The notes: generated by a model not told the origin, from the letters alone. A stretch of 64,000 bases of DNA from an uncultured Candidatus Saccharibacteria bacterium (GCA_964416985.1 CAYQFS010000002.1:57155-121154), one strand, 5' to 3'. Positions 9,061-18,296 are shown, counted from the first letter of the stretch. Program-made: numbers and translations.

Positions 9061-9825
9061 ATGTCCGCCGAGGCAGGGGTCAAAAAGCTCATCCCGAATT
9101 CTCACTTCAAAATCAAGACTGAAGTTTTTGAAGGGCCTCTCGACCTCCTCCTTACTCTCGTAGAAAAAAGAAAACTTTTTATCGGAGACATCGCACTTGC
9201 AAAGGTGACCGATGATTTTATTGAGCATATCAAAAATTTTGACAAACTTCCGATGGGGGAGTCAGCCCAATTCATCCTCGTCGCCTCGACTCTTCTTCTC
9301 ATTAAATCAAAATCACTTTTACCATCACTTACATTGACTGAAGAGGAAGAGGAGGGAATACACGATCTCGAAATTCGCCTCAAAATTTATAAAAGAATAA
9401 AGGATGCCAGTGTTCATGTAAAGGAACTTTTTGGAGATGAAATGATTTTTCTGCCAAGCCAAATGAAGCCTGTTGAGCCAGTATTTTCACCTCACGAATC
9501 AATGACACTTTTGTCCCTCGCGGAAGCTATACGAGACATTGTTAAACATCTCCCCAAAAAAGAAGCTATTCCCAAGGCGGTCATTAAAAAAGTTGTGAGT
9601 CTAGAAGAAATGATTGACAATCTTACTAAAAGGATAACTCAGGGGCTTCGTATGAGTTTCAAGGAATTTTCAAGTCAGCACAAGGCAGAGAGGGTAAATG
9701 TTATTGTGAGTTTTCTTGCCATGCTTGAACTAGTAAAGCAGGGAGTCATTCAGGCACATCAGGATGATACCTACGGAGATATACACATGGAAACACAATC
9801 AGTCGGTGTTCCAAGATATAACTAA
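9061..9825 (+). CDS. scpA: Segregation and condensation protein A (kleisin ScpA)
   Basis: EGPLDLLLTLVEKRKLFIGDIALAKVTDDF is a ScpA signature. The start is the internal Met. An extended -10 TGGTATACT lies 6 nt upstream of the ATG. Confidence 0.85.
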   Translation: MSAEAGVKKLIPNSHFKIKTEVFEGPLDLLLTLVEKRKLFIGDIALAKVTDDFIEHIKNFDKLPMGESAQFILVASTLLLIKSKSLLPSLTLTEEEEEGIHDLEIRLKIYKRIKDASVHVKELFGDEMIFLPSQMKPVEPVFSPHESMTLLSLAEAIRDIVKHLPKKEAIPKAVIKKVVSLEEMIDNLTKRITQGLRMSFKEFSSQHKAERVNVIVSFLAMLELVKQGVIQAHQDDTYGDIHMETQSVGVPRYN

Positions 9826-9868
9826 GGATTTCGTGTGATATAATTAAAAAATCACCATCCTATATCCT

Positions 9869-10447
9869 ATGGCTATTTCATTGTCCTCAAAAATCCAAGC
9901 TGTACTTTTTTACAAGGCAGAACCACTGTCGTTGAAGCGCCTTGCAAGTATTTTGAAGGTTGAAGAAAATGAAATTAAGACTGCCTTGATTGAGCTTAGA
10001 GAAGACCTAAGAGAAACTGGCCTTACACTTATTGAATGGGAAGACGAGGTGACGCTCGGGACATCAAAGGACGTTTCCGGACTCATTGAAATCCTAACAA
10101 AGGAAGAACTTACAAAGGACCTCGGAAAAGCCGGACTCGAAACGCTCTCCATCATTCTCTACCAAGGGCCTCTTACCCGGGCAGAAATTGACTATGTGAG
10201 AGGGGTCAATTCCCAGTTCATTTTGAGAAATCTTCTTGTCAGAGGTCTCATTGAAAAAGTTGAGAATCCCAAAGACCAACGAAGTTTTCTTTACAAGCCT
10301 TCACTTGAGCTCATTTCATATCTTGGAATTTCAAAAATAACAGACCTTCCAGACTATGATACTGTAAGAAAAGATATTGAATCGTTCAAATTAAACGCAC
10401 ACGATGAGTACCATGGAGCATCCCCAGAAACACAGGAAAATAGATAA
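9869..10447 (+). CDS. scpB: Segregation and condensation protein B (ScpB)
   Basis: Winged-helix repeats (IQAVLFYKAEPLSLKRLASIL ... LSIILYQGPLTRAEIDYVRGV) typical of ScpB. Gene order scpA-scpB is conserved. Confidence 0.85.
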   Translation: MAISLSSKIQAVLFYKAEPLSLKRLASILKVEENEIKTALIELREDLRETGLTLIEWEDEVTLGTSKDVSGLIEILTKEELTKDLGKAGLETLSIILYQGPLTRAEIDYVRGVNSQFILRNLLVRGLIEKVENPKDQRSFLYKPSLELISYLGISKITDLPDYDTVRKDIESFKLNAHDEYHGASPETQENR

Positions 10448-11522
10448 GGCTTACCTAGCCTCGGTCATACTCCTTACGATCGGAGGTTTTTTTGTATTTA
10501 GTTCTGCATCTCTTGGACTTCTTGCTCGAAATGGGGAAATCTTTCAGTCTGTAGCACTTACCCAGAGTATCGGACTTCTCATCGGGATTGCTGCATTTTG
10601 GGTAATGTCATTTATTCATTACAAGAATCTGCGAAAATATTCCTTCTACATTTTTATTTTTGCACTTATTCTAAATCTTCTTCTCTTCATTCCTGGACTT
10701 TCTCTCTCCCACGGAGGAGCGGCTAGATGGATCAATCTTAAATTTGTAACGTTTCAGCCCTCAGAATTTTTAAAAATCGCTTTTATTATTTACTTTGCAG
10801 CCTGGCTTGCAAGCGTTAAGGAAAAAATTACAACGTTCAAACTTGGAATGCTTCCTTACATTGTTCTCATGGGAATTCTTGGGCTCCTCCTCTTGAGCCA
10901 GAGTGACACAGATACCCTCATCGTAATTGCAGGAACTGGTATCGCAATGCTTTTTGCTGCAGGAGCTAGGATCCGCTACATCGCTGCTATGATACTTGCC
11001 CTTGTTGTGGTAGTCGCTGGAGTTGCATATACGAGGCCATATGTGCGCGACAGAATTATGACATTTATTAACCCAACAGCCGATATCCAAGGAAGCGGCT
11101 ACCAGATTAATCAGTCTTTGATTGCCATCGGTTCAGGTCAAATAGCAGGAAGAGGTTACGGGCAGAGCATTCAGAAGTTCAATTATCTTCCTGAACCAAT
11201 CGGAGACTCGATCTTTGCAGTTCAAGCAGAAGAGTTCGGATTCGTTGGTAGTTTCATCCTTGTTGGACTCTTCCTTCTCTTTGCCTTTAGATCATTCAAA
11301 ATTGCCACCCGAAGCCCTGACAGTTTTGGTGGACTTGTGGTAATGGGAATTGCTATACTTACTATCGTCGAATCATTCATGAACATTTCGTCGATGCTTG
11401 GCATCATTCCACTTTCAGGAATGCCGCTTCTTTTTGTAAGCCACGGCGGAACGGCTCTCATTATCATCCTCGGGGCTGCAGGAATCATCGCCAACATTTC
11501 CAAATACCAAAAAACTCTCTAA
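10404..11522 (+). CDS. ftsW: SEDS-family peptidoglycan polymerase FtsW/RodA
   Basis: About 10 TM segments with the conserved blocks QPSEFLKIAFIIYFAAWL and GSGQIAGRGYGQSIQKFNYLPEPIGDSIFAVQAEEFGFVG. An alternative start at 10413 is possible. Confidence 0.85.
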   Translation: MSTMEHPQKHRKIDKAYLASVILLTIGGFFVFSSASLGLLARNGEIFQSVALTQSIGLLIGIAAFWVMSFIHYKNLRKYSFYIFIFALILNLLLFIPGLSLSHGGAARWINLKFVTFQPSEFLKIAFIIYFAAWLASVKEKITTFKLGMLPYIVLMGILGLLLLSQSDTDTLIVIAGTGIAMLFAAGARIRYIAAMILALVVVVAGVAYTRPYVRDRIMTFINPTADIQGSGYQINQSLIAIGSGQIAGRGYGQSIQKFNYLPEPIGDSIFAVQAEEFGFVGSFILVGLFLLFAFRSFKIATRSPDSFGGLVVMGIAILTIVESFMNISSMLGIIPLSGMPLLFVSHGGTALIIILGAAGIIANISKYQKTL

Positions 11523-11537
11523 TATACTATTTTACTT

Positions 11538-12674
11538 ATGAAAATACTTTTTGCTGGAGGAGGAACAGGGGGACATTTTTATCCAATTATTGCCATTGCT
11601 GAAGCTATTCGCGAAAGAGCAAAGGAGAAGAAAATTCTCATGCCACAGCTCTACTTTATGTCGACAAATAGGTACAATCCTCGATCCCTTTTTGATAATG
11701 ACATAGAATTTGTAGGTATCACGACAGGGAAAATGCGCCGATATTTTTCTATTCTCAATTTTCTTGATTTCTTCAAGACTGCTTGGGGAGCTCTTTCCGC
11801 TACAATTAAGATGTATCAAATATATCCAGATGTCGTATTCGGAAAAGGAGGATACGCAAGTTTTCCAGCTATTTTTGCAGCTAAATTGTTAAAAATTCCA
11901 GTCATTATCCACGAATCCGACAGCAGTCCAGGAAGAGTAAATGCCTGGGCAGCGAAATTTGCACGTAGGATTGCCGTCTCATATCCTGAGGCGATCGAAC
12001 GATTCAATTCCAAGGTAGACAGATCAAAAATCGCCTTTACCGGAAACCCTGTGCGAAAGGATGTCCGAGATCCTCTCTCAAATGGCGCGCGCGAATTCCT
12101 CAATCTTGAGGAAACGACACCAGTCGTTGTCATCCTTGGAGGCTCGCAAGGATCTCAAAGGATCAATGATGCTGTCATTGACGCACTAACTGAACTCATT
12201 GAACGCTACCAGATTATTCACCAGGCAGGCAGAAGTAATTTTGAAAATGTAAAACAGACTATGAGTGTAGTCCTCAAAGACAAGCCGAATGCCTACCGCT
12301 ATCACCCCTTTGAGTACTTGAACGACCTCGCGCTCCGTATGTCTGCAGGAGTTGCAGATATCATTGTCTCGAGAGCTGGATCAGCAATATTTGAGATTGC
12401 TTCATGGGGAATTCCTTCAATCATTGTTCCTCTATCACGGGAGGTGAGCCACGACCAGACCGACAATGCCTTCTCCTATGCAAAATCAGGAGCCTGTGTT
12501 GTAATTGAGGAGCATAACCTGAGCTCGCATATTTTGATTTCTGAGATTGACAGAATCATAAATAGTCAGTCTATTAGGGATAAAATGAAGGCTTCGGCCA
12601 AGGAATGGAGCCATCCCGAGGCTGCTCAGAAAATTGCCGATGTAATCCTTGAGACAGCACTGGAACACGAGTGA
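11538..12674 (+). CDS. murG: Lipid II synthase MurG (UDP-GlcNAc:undecaprenyl-PP-MurNAc-pentapeptide GlcNAc transferase)
   Basis: MKILFAGGGTGGHFYPIIAIAEAI and the C-terminal GT-B fold motifs. Adjacent to ftsW as in dcw clusters. Confidence 0.9.
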   Translation: MKILFAGGGTGGHFYPIIAIAEAIRERAKEKKILMPQLYFMSTNRYNPRSLFDNDIEFVGITTGKMRRYFSILNFLDFFKTAWGALSATIKMYQIYPDVVFGKGGYASFPAIFAAKLLKIPVIIHESDSSPGRVNAWAAKFARRIAVSYPEAIERFNSKVDRSKIAFTGNPVRKDVRDPLSNGAREFLNLEETTPVVVILGGSQGSQRINDAVIDALTELIERYQIIHQAGRSNFENVKQTMSVVLKDKPNAYRYHPFEYLNDLALRMSAGVADIIVSRAGSAIFEIASWGIPSIIVPLSREVSHDQTDNAFSYAKSGACVVIEEHNLSSHILISEIDRIINSQSIRDKMKASAKEWSHPEAAQKIADVILETALEHE

Positions 12675-12737
12675 GAAATATGCTAGTATTCACTCATTAG
12701 CAATAACAATCATTATTAGTAATTTACGTATAACTAT

Positions 12738-13235
12738 ATGGAACAAAACCAAGGAATCAAAGCATGGCAGTGGATTGTAACAGTGATTATCATCATTGTT
12801 CTCGTTATCCTCGGCTACTACATGTTCAAGGGTAATTCATCTGCCCCAACTACAACAGAAACTTCTACTATGGAGGAAAATGCCTCAAACGGAGATGTTA
12901 ATCGAGTAATCGTAGCCGACCAGTATCCTGGAAATATCGTCTACGTTACCTCAGCTCAGCTTGCAGCACCAGGATGGGTTGTCATCCATGAGGATAATGG
13001 AGGAATGCCAGGAGCTATCATCGGTTCAGCTTACTTTGACAAGGGAATCAACCCAGGAAAGATCACTCTTGCAAAGAAAACAGAGGAAGGAAAGCTCTAC
13101 TACGCAATGCTTCATTCAGATGATGGAGACAAGAAGTTCGACGCTACAAAGGATATGCCTTTGAAGGATGCTCAAGAAAACATCATCATGAAACCATTCC
13201 GAGTTTCTTCTACAGTTTCAGAGATTAAGGGATAA
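12738..13235 (+). CDS. Hypothetical N-terminally TM-anchored extracytoplasmic protein (165 aa)
   Basis: N-terminal anchor AWQWIVTVIIIIVLVILGYYMF followed by a soluble domain. The anchor is paralogous to that of the ORF at 15942. Confidence 0.6.
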   Translation: MEQNQGIKAWQWIVTVIIIIVLVILGYYMFKGNSSAPTTTETSTMEENASNGDVNRVIVADQYPGNIVYVTSAQLAAPGWVVIHEDNGGMPGAIIGSAYFDKGINPGKITLAKKTEEGKLYYAMLHSDDGDKKFDATKDMPLKDAQENIIMKPFRVSSTVSEIKG

Positions 13236-13260
13236 TATAACAGACTCACAGTCAGACAAA

Positions 13261-13285
13261 AGCACTCAAAAACTGAGTGCTTTTG
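13261..13285 (+). terminator. Intrinsic terminator AGCACTCA-aaaac-TGAGTGCT then TTTT
   Basis: Perfect 8-bp stem directly after the stop of the 12738 gene, followed by a T-run. Confidence 0.6.
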
Positions 13286-13303
13286 TGTTATAATTACCCT
13301 TAC

Positions 13304-14617
13304 ATGCCCAAGAACATCATTACCCGTTTTCCTCCATCACCTACAGGTTTTCTTCATGTAGGCCGCGCCCGTACGGCCCTTTTCAACTATCTTTTCACCA
13401 AGCACAACAAAGGGAAGATGGTCTTTCGAATTGAAGACACTGATAAAGAAAGATCAAAAAAAGAATATGAAGAAAATATAATTGAATGCCTTGAATGGCT
13501 TGGGATCACTTACGATTCTGGTCCATTTCGTCAATCAGAAAGAAACGAAATTTACCAAAAATACATTAAAAAAATGCTCGACAACGGCTCGGCATACATT
13601 TCAAAAGAAACTGAAGGTGATCGGTCTGAGGTGATTCGATTTAAAAATCCAAACAAAAAAATTACGTTCACTGATCTCATTCGCGGAGATGTAACAATCG
13701 ACACCACCGACCTCAAAGATTTTGTCATCGCACGAAGTATGGAAGAACCTCTCTACCATTTAACTGTTGTTGTCGATGATCATGAAATGGGAGTAACCCA
13801 TGTCATTCGTGGAGATGATGGAATTGCCAATACTCCCCGCCAGATCCTCATCCAGGAGGGAATAGGGGCGGAAAGGCCGTTATATGCCCATATACCGCTC
13901 ATTTTGGCCGCAGACCGGTCAAAGCTCTCTGGCCGTCATGGGGCTGTTTCTGTCACTGAATTTCGAGATATGGGCTACCTGCCAGAAGCCTTTGTGAACT
14001 TCCTGGCGCTCCTCGGCTGGAACCCAGGAACCGAGCAGGAAATTTTTTCAATGGATGAACTTGCAAAAATTTTCTCTCTCGAAAAGGTCCAAAAAGCTGG
14101 GGCAATATTTAATGTAGAAAAATTAAACTGGTTCAACAAACAATACCTCGAGAAGCTCGACGATGTCTCTTTTCTCAAACATGCAGAAAAATTTTGGCCA
14201 AAAGACATTTCATCTGATCAGAAAAATAAATTAATTCCTCTCATCAAGGAAAAAATCTCACACTTTGCCCAAATTCCCGAACTTTTCAAAGGTGAGCTTT
14301 CTTTTATCTACGGAGTTGCCAAATATCCAAAAGAAAAATTGATGTGGAAACAAGAGACTGATATTTCAGCAAGTAAAAATAATCTACAACTTGTTATTGA
14401 TATCATAAAAAGCATTTCAGAAGAAACATTTAATTCAGCTTATATTAGGGCACAAATCTGGCCTCTCGCCGAGAAGACTGGAAAAGGAAATGTCCTCTGG
14501 CCTATGCGTTTTGCACTCTCAGGACAGGACAAATCACCGGATCCTTTCGTCATTTCCGCACTACTTGGCAAGGAAGAAACTCTCAAACGTCTTACCTCTG
14601 CTTATGAAGCAATTTAG
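13304..14617 (+). CDS. gltX: Glutamyl-tRNA synthetase
   Basis: RFPPSPTGFLHVGRARTALFNYLF (HIGH region) and a KLSGRHG variant of KMSKS. Start is the internal Met. TATAAT lies 9 nt upstream. Confidence 0.9.
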   Translation: MPKNIITRFPPSPTGFLHVGRARTALFNYLFTKHNKGKMVFRIEDTDKERSKKEYEENIIECLEWLGITYDSGPFRQSERNEIYQKYIKKMLDNGSAYISKETEGDRSEVIRFKNPNKKITFTDLIRGDVTIDTTDLKDFVIARSMEEPLYHLTVVVDDHEMGVTHVIRGDDGIANTPRQILIQEGIGAERPLYAHIPLILAADRSKLSGRHGAVSVTEFRDMGYLPEAFVNFLALLGWNPGTEQEIFSMDELAKIFSLEKVQKAGAIFNVEKLNWFNKQYLEKLDDVSFLKHAEKFWPKDISSDQKNKLIPLIKEKISHFAQIPELFKGELSFIYGVAKYPKEKLMWKQETDISASKNNLQLVIDIIKSISEETFNSAYIRAQIWPLAEKTGKGNVLWPMRFALSGQDKSPDPFVISALLGKEETLKRLTSAYEAI

Positions 14618-15887
14618 GCTGCACATATTCATACTATGTTTGGCTATTGTTGTTTTTGGCATTTTCTCGTACGTGAATGCTCAGAGCATTGAAGAAATTC
14701 AAGGAAAAATTACCCAAAGAAATGAGACGATCAAACAACTTGAACAAGAGATTTCAAAATATCAGACTGAGATCGATGCTCTTGGAAAAGAAGCCAGTTC
14801 ATTAAAGAACACCATTACTTCTCTCGATCTCTCAAAGAAAAAACTTGAGACGGACTTAAAAATTACCCAAAATAAAATCGACTCAACCAATCTCGAGATC
14901 AAGCAACTCTCTCTTGCAATTACCGATAAAGGAGAACGAATTACCGACAGCAAGCGAGTCATTTCTCAGTCACTTTCAAGTATCGATCGCATTACCTCAA
15001 ATACACTTCTCGAAAGTTTGATGGGGGCGGAGACTCTGACCGAAGCCTGGCATGCCACCGAAGAGCTCAATATTCTCCAATCGGGAATAGGGGAGAGAAT
15101 TCATAGCCTCGCCAGTGTCAAAGCCTCCCTTGAAGATAACAAGAAAATGACTGAGCGAAAAAAGACAGAACTTATAGCCCTGCAAAAAGATTTAAGCGGA
15201 CAACAGAGGGCGATCATTGCAACTACAAATGAAAAAAATGCTATTCTCAAAGAAACAAGAAATAATGAGGCGGCGTACAACAAACTTCTAGCAACACGTA
15301 AGCAGCAAAAAGAAGCTTTTGAGAGGGAAGTGGACTCTCTTGAAGCCGCTTTGAAAATTGCCATCGACCCCTCAAGCATTCCCCACACAGGAACAGGTGT
15401 TTTGAACTACCCTCTCGATAAAATTACGATTACCCAGTACTTTGGAAATACAAAGTTCGCTACAAAAAATCCCCAGATCTATAGTGCTGGAACCCATCCT
15501 GGAGTTGACTTTGCTGCCTCTATCGGTACTCCCGTCAAAGCTGCTCTCGGCGGTACAGTCGTTGGCGCTGGAAATATGGATCTTGGCGGAGGCGGTCGTT
15601 GTCGTGCATACGGTAAATGGGTCATGATAAAGCATCCAAATGGTCTATCCACCTTGTACGGACATCTTTCAGTCATTAGTGTAAACATGGGAGACAATCT
15701 CGTGACGGGAGAAATCCTTGGCTACAGCGGAAACACCGGAGCTACCACAGGTCCACATCTCCACTTTGGTGTGTATGCAACCCAGGGAGTACGTATAACA
15801 AACCTTGTTTCGAGTTCATATTGTTCAGGAGTCCTATATCCTCTGGCCGATCCAAAGGCCTATTTGAACCCACTTTCATTCCTCTAG
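14604..15887 (+). CDS. M23 (LytM-type) peptidoglycan endopeptidase with N-terminal TM anchor and long coiled-coil region
   Basis: C-terminal GTHPGVDFAASIGTPVKAALGGTVV ... GHLS ... GPHLHFGVY carries the HxxxD/HxH metal ligands. N-terminal heptad repeats resemble EnvC-like activators/peptidases. Start chosen at MKQFRL, overlapping the gltX stop by 14 nt. Confidence 0.85.
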   Translation: MKQFRLHIFILCLAIVVFGIFSYVNAQSIEEIQGKITQRNETIKQLEQEISKYQTEIDALGKEASSLKNTITSLDLSKKKLETDLKITQNKIDSTNLEIKQLSLAITDKGERITDSKRVISQSLSSIDRITSNTLLESLMGAETLTEAWHATEELNILQSGIGERIHSLASVKASLEDNKKMTERKKTELIALQKDLSGQQRAIIATTNEKNAILKETRNNEAAYNKLLATRKQQKEAFEREVDSLEAALKIAIDPSSIPHTGTGVLNYPLDKITITQYFGNTKFATKNPQIYSAGTHPGVDFAASIGTPVKAALGGTVVGAGNMDLGGGGRCRAYGKWVMIKHPNGLSTLYGHLSVISVNMGDNLVTGEILGYSGNTGATTGPHLHFGVYATQGVRITNLVSSSYCSGVLYPLADPKAYLNPLSFL

Positions 15888-15941
15888 TTTATAAACAACC
15901 TGTTTAAATGCGATTTGAGGCCTATGATATAATGTATTTAT

Positions 15942-16259
15942 ATGAATACTCAGCACGGTTTCGTTAAATGGATCATCATTATCATCATTGCACTCATTGT
16001 TCTCGGCTACTATGGTTTTGACATCAGAAAGGCGATAGAAGCTCCAACAACTCAAAGCAACCTCACGTACGTACAGCAAATCGTTTCAACAGTCTGGCAT
16101 AATTATCTCAAAGCTCCGGCAGTTTATTTATGGAATATTTTTAAAAAATATATTTGGCAGGTGGCACTCGATAGTCTTGATAAGATGAGTAGAGGCGAGC
16201 CAACAGTTATCGATAATGCCTCGCCAAAGGTTAATGAGGTAGGAACATCAAGCCCTTAG
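15942..16259 (+). CDS. Small N-terminally TM-anchored hypothetical protein (105 aa)
   Basis: Anchor VKWIIIIIIALIVLGYYGF parallels that of the ORF at 12738. Own terminator downstream. Confidence 0.5.
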   Translation: MNTQHGFVKWIIIIIIALIVLGYYGFDIRKAIEAPTTQSNLTYVQQIVSTVWHNYLKAPAVYLWNIFKKYIWQVALDSLDKMSRGEPTVIDNASPKVNEVGTSSP

Positions 16260-16260
16260 G

Positions 16261-16282
16261 AAGCCCTGAGGGCTTTTTCTTT
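16261..16282 (+). terminator. Intrinsic terminator AAGCCC-tga-GGGCTT then TTTTTCTTT
   Basis: Short GC stem plus T-run immediately after the stop at 16259. Confidence 0.55.
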
Positions 16283-16367
16283 GTGTACCTCTATATTCTA
16301 GTCGTAAAAGATATATTGTCCGACACGACTATACTAGGTCCCCTAGCGCATTTAGATCCAGAAAGGT

Positions 16368-16679
16368 TTATTTCACTAAATACATTTTCGTTCTTATTTT
16401 CTCCAACTTTAAAATAATTTCTTCGTCAGTTATTTTTTTAAATCTTTTTACTATTCTTCCCTTTACCTCAACATCCCCAATAAACATTTCAAATGGTCGT
16501 ACGCAATAATCGGCTTTGAGATATGTATTTTTATATAGTGGTCGATAAATGACACTTAAAGCCTGCGATTCAGTATCCATCCCTACCCCGATGACCTCGT
16601 AGGCATGGTTGTTGAAGTCTTTTTGAGGGTCGTGTTTAAAGTGATAATAAAATCCGAGGGGAATTGAGATTGGTTTCAT
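16368..16679 (-). CDS. DUF1653-family protein (103 aa)
   Basis: GFYYHFKHDP ... AYEVIGVGMDTESQALSVIYRPLY ... YCVRPFEMF matches the conserved hallmarks of DUF1653 as recalled. Confidence 0.55.
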   Translation of the reverse strand: MKPISIPLGFYYHFKHDPQKDFNNHAYEVIGVGMDTESQALSVIYRPLYKNTYLKADYCVRPFEMFIGDVEVKGRIVKRFKKITDEEIILKLEKIRTKMYLVK

Positions 16680-16735
16680 AATTGAAATTATCTCATAGCA
16701 TATGTTAGACTGCTACAAAAGAAAGGAATTCAGTT

Positions 16736-17104
16736 ATGTATCAAACAGTGATCTTCGACAGTCTATGGGTCGAACCACACCCCGCCAATGTCCCAGAACT
16801 CAGAACGATAAAGGCTTTTCATTCTGGTTCTTTGAATGAATTTCCTGAAGTGACTATCAATATCCCTCTGGAAACACTTCCCCAGGAAATCTACCCCGAT
16901 GGGATTCTGGAAGGAGTATTGTTTAATATTGCAGACCTGAAACAAAAAGTTTCTCCCGTCTTATACAGGACAGTGCTGTGTCTATATATATCGTCACAAG
17001 GTTACGCAGTAATCCTCATAAACCTCCATCAGGGAAATCGAAAAGTGGGGTGGCGAAGGCTCGACTTTGGTGAGTTCGCACCAATCATCGCTAAAGTACC
17101 CTAG
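16736..17104 (+). CDS. Hypothetical protein (122 aa)
   Basis: Intact ORF with no recognisable domain. Followed by a promoter-like element and a small structured region. Confidence 0.45.
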   Translation: MYQTVIFDSLWVEPHPANVPELRTIKAFHSGSLNEFPEVTINIPLETLPQEIYPDGILEGVLFNIADLKQKVSPVLYRTVLCLYISSQGYAVILINLHQGNRKVGWRRLDFGEFAPIIAKVP

Positions 17105-17115
17105 GGAATGACCCC

Positions 17116-17144
17116 TTGCCTCCCCTTTCCTTCTATGCTATAGT
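17116..17144 (+). promoter_or_regulatory. Promoter TTGCCT-N17-TGcTATAGT
   Basis: Near-consensus -35 and an extended -10 identical to the one at 8513-8521. There is no downstream CDS on this strand. Confidence 0.45.
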
Positions 17145-17150
17145 CGTAGA

Positions 17151-17251
17151 GCTATAGGGTCACTGAGTGGACCTGAGCTGTGGTCATCCTGTCGATGGCC
17201 AAATCTGGGAGTGGGTGCTGATCGCAAGGTTGGCACCCACTATTTTATTTT
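17151..17251 (+). ncRNA. Candidate small RNA (about 100 nt) with its own promoter and terminator; identity unknown
   Basis: The transcript would end in the hairpin AGTGGGTGC-UGAUC-GCAA-GGUUG-GCACCCACT (GNRA-type GCAA loop) followed by ATTTTATTTT. It lies between convergent genes. No ORF. Confidence 0.4.
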
Positions 17252-17257
17252 CCCCAT

Positions 17258-17295
17258 CAACAACAAAACCCCGGAGGCTTTCGCTTCGCGGGGTT
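17258..17295 (-). terminator. Intrinsic terminator for the minus-strand transglycosylase gene (AACCCCG / CGGGGTT stem, T-rich tail on the minus strand)
   Basis: Minus-strand reading gives a stem followed by TTTTGTTGTTG. It is directly downstream of the stop at 17309. Confidence 0.5.
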
Positions 17296-17308
17296 TCGTC
17301 TTGAGATA

Positions 17309-17764
17309 TTATTTATTAATTGTAAGATCCTTTGAGGCCCAACATTTAGATGAGGCTTTCCAAGGAGCCGCTCCCTGTTTCTCGTAGAGATACTTTGCGT
17401 AGTCCACGTTACCTTCAGTGGTATAGAGATCGTAGCCAAGCTTCTTTGCAGTTTCTGCGTGATACTTTTCATTGATCTGCATCACACCGACATCAAGCCT
17501 GTTGACTCGTCCACGAATAACATTACCGTCTTTATCGAACTGACTAAATGTGGATTCACATCGAGCAATTTCGACAAGGATAGGGGTATCGGCATATTCT
17601 TTTCGGACATAATTTTCAACGGTCTTGCGATCCTGTACAGTCACCTGAGCAATCTGTTCCGGGTCAGCGGCTACCATATTTGCAGCTGTCGCTTGTGCGG
17701 AAGGAGTACCTGAACCATACATCGATGACAAGAGGAATACGACACCTGTAGATATTTCAATCAT
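17309..17764 (-). CDS. Secreted lysozyme-like / lytic transglycosylase (SLT) domain protein
   Basis: Signal-peptide-like N-terminus (MIEISTGVVFLLSSMYGSGTPSAQA), then ARCESTFSQF ... LDVGVMQINEKYH, consistent with the SLT-domain ES ... GLMQI catalytic motif. Confidence 0.6.
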   Translation of the reverse strand: MIEISTGVVFLLSSMYGSGTPSAQATAANMVAADPEQIAQVTVQDRKTVENYVRKEYADTPILVEIARCESTFSQFDKDGNVIRGRVNRLDVGVMQINEKYHAETAKKLGYDLYTTEGNVDYAKYLYEKQGAAPWKASSKCWASKDLTINK

Positions 17765-17975
17765 ATAATTTTTTAGAGGTACAGTTGATTGATATGACTC
17801 AATCGACCGTACCTCTGATGAAGATAATACTAGCATTTTTGAAAAGGAATGTCAAGGGTAATAAGAGCAAAATCGGCAAAATACCCTTATTTTACAAGGG
17901 TTTCTAGACAATGCTATTTCACCTAAGTAAAGGCTATTGCATTTTTTAGCCTCTTCCTATATACTGACTCTCACT

Positions 17976-18248
17976 ATGGCAACCAAAAAAGCAGGAGGAT
18001 CAACCAAAAACGGTAGAGATTCCGGACCTCAATACCTCGGGGTCAAACTTAATCATGGACAAGATGCAAAAATAGGAGAAATCATCGTCCGACAGAGGGG
18101 AACAGATATCCTTCCCGGAAAGAATGTAGGAATGGGTAAAGATCACACCCTCTTCGCCCTCAAGGACGGAAAGATCGAATTTGGAACAAAAAGAAAAGTT
18201 CACTTCGATAACTCCCTCATGAGAAAGAAGATTGTCCACGTAAAGTAA
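17976..18248 (+). CDS. rpmA: 50S ribosomal protein L27
   Basis: [16 protein letters not shown] ... IIVRQRGT ... GKDHTLFA matches L27. No L21 gene is adjacent. Confidence 0.9.
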   Translation: MATKKAGGSTKNGRDSGPQYLGVKLNHGQDAKIGEIIVRQRGTDILPGKNVGMGKDHTLFALKDGKIEFGTKRKVHFDNSLMRKKIVHVK

Positions 18249-18261
18249 CACAAGCAAAAGA

Positions 18262-18290
18262 AAAAACCGGTTCATCCGGCTTTTTTCTTA
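18262..18290. terminator. Short bidirectional hairpin between convergent rpmA and rplI (AACCGG-ttcat-CCGGCT, T-run)
   Basis: AAAAAACCGGTTCATCCGGCTTTTTTC, flanked by an A-run and a T-run. Confidence 0.4.
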
Positions 18291-18296
18291 CTTACC

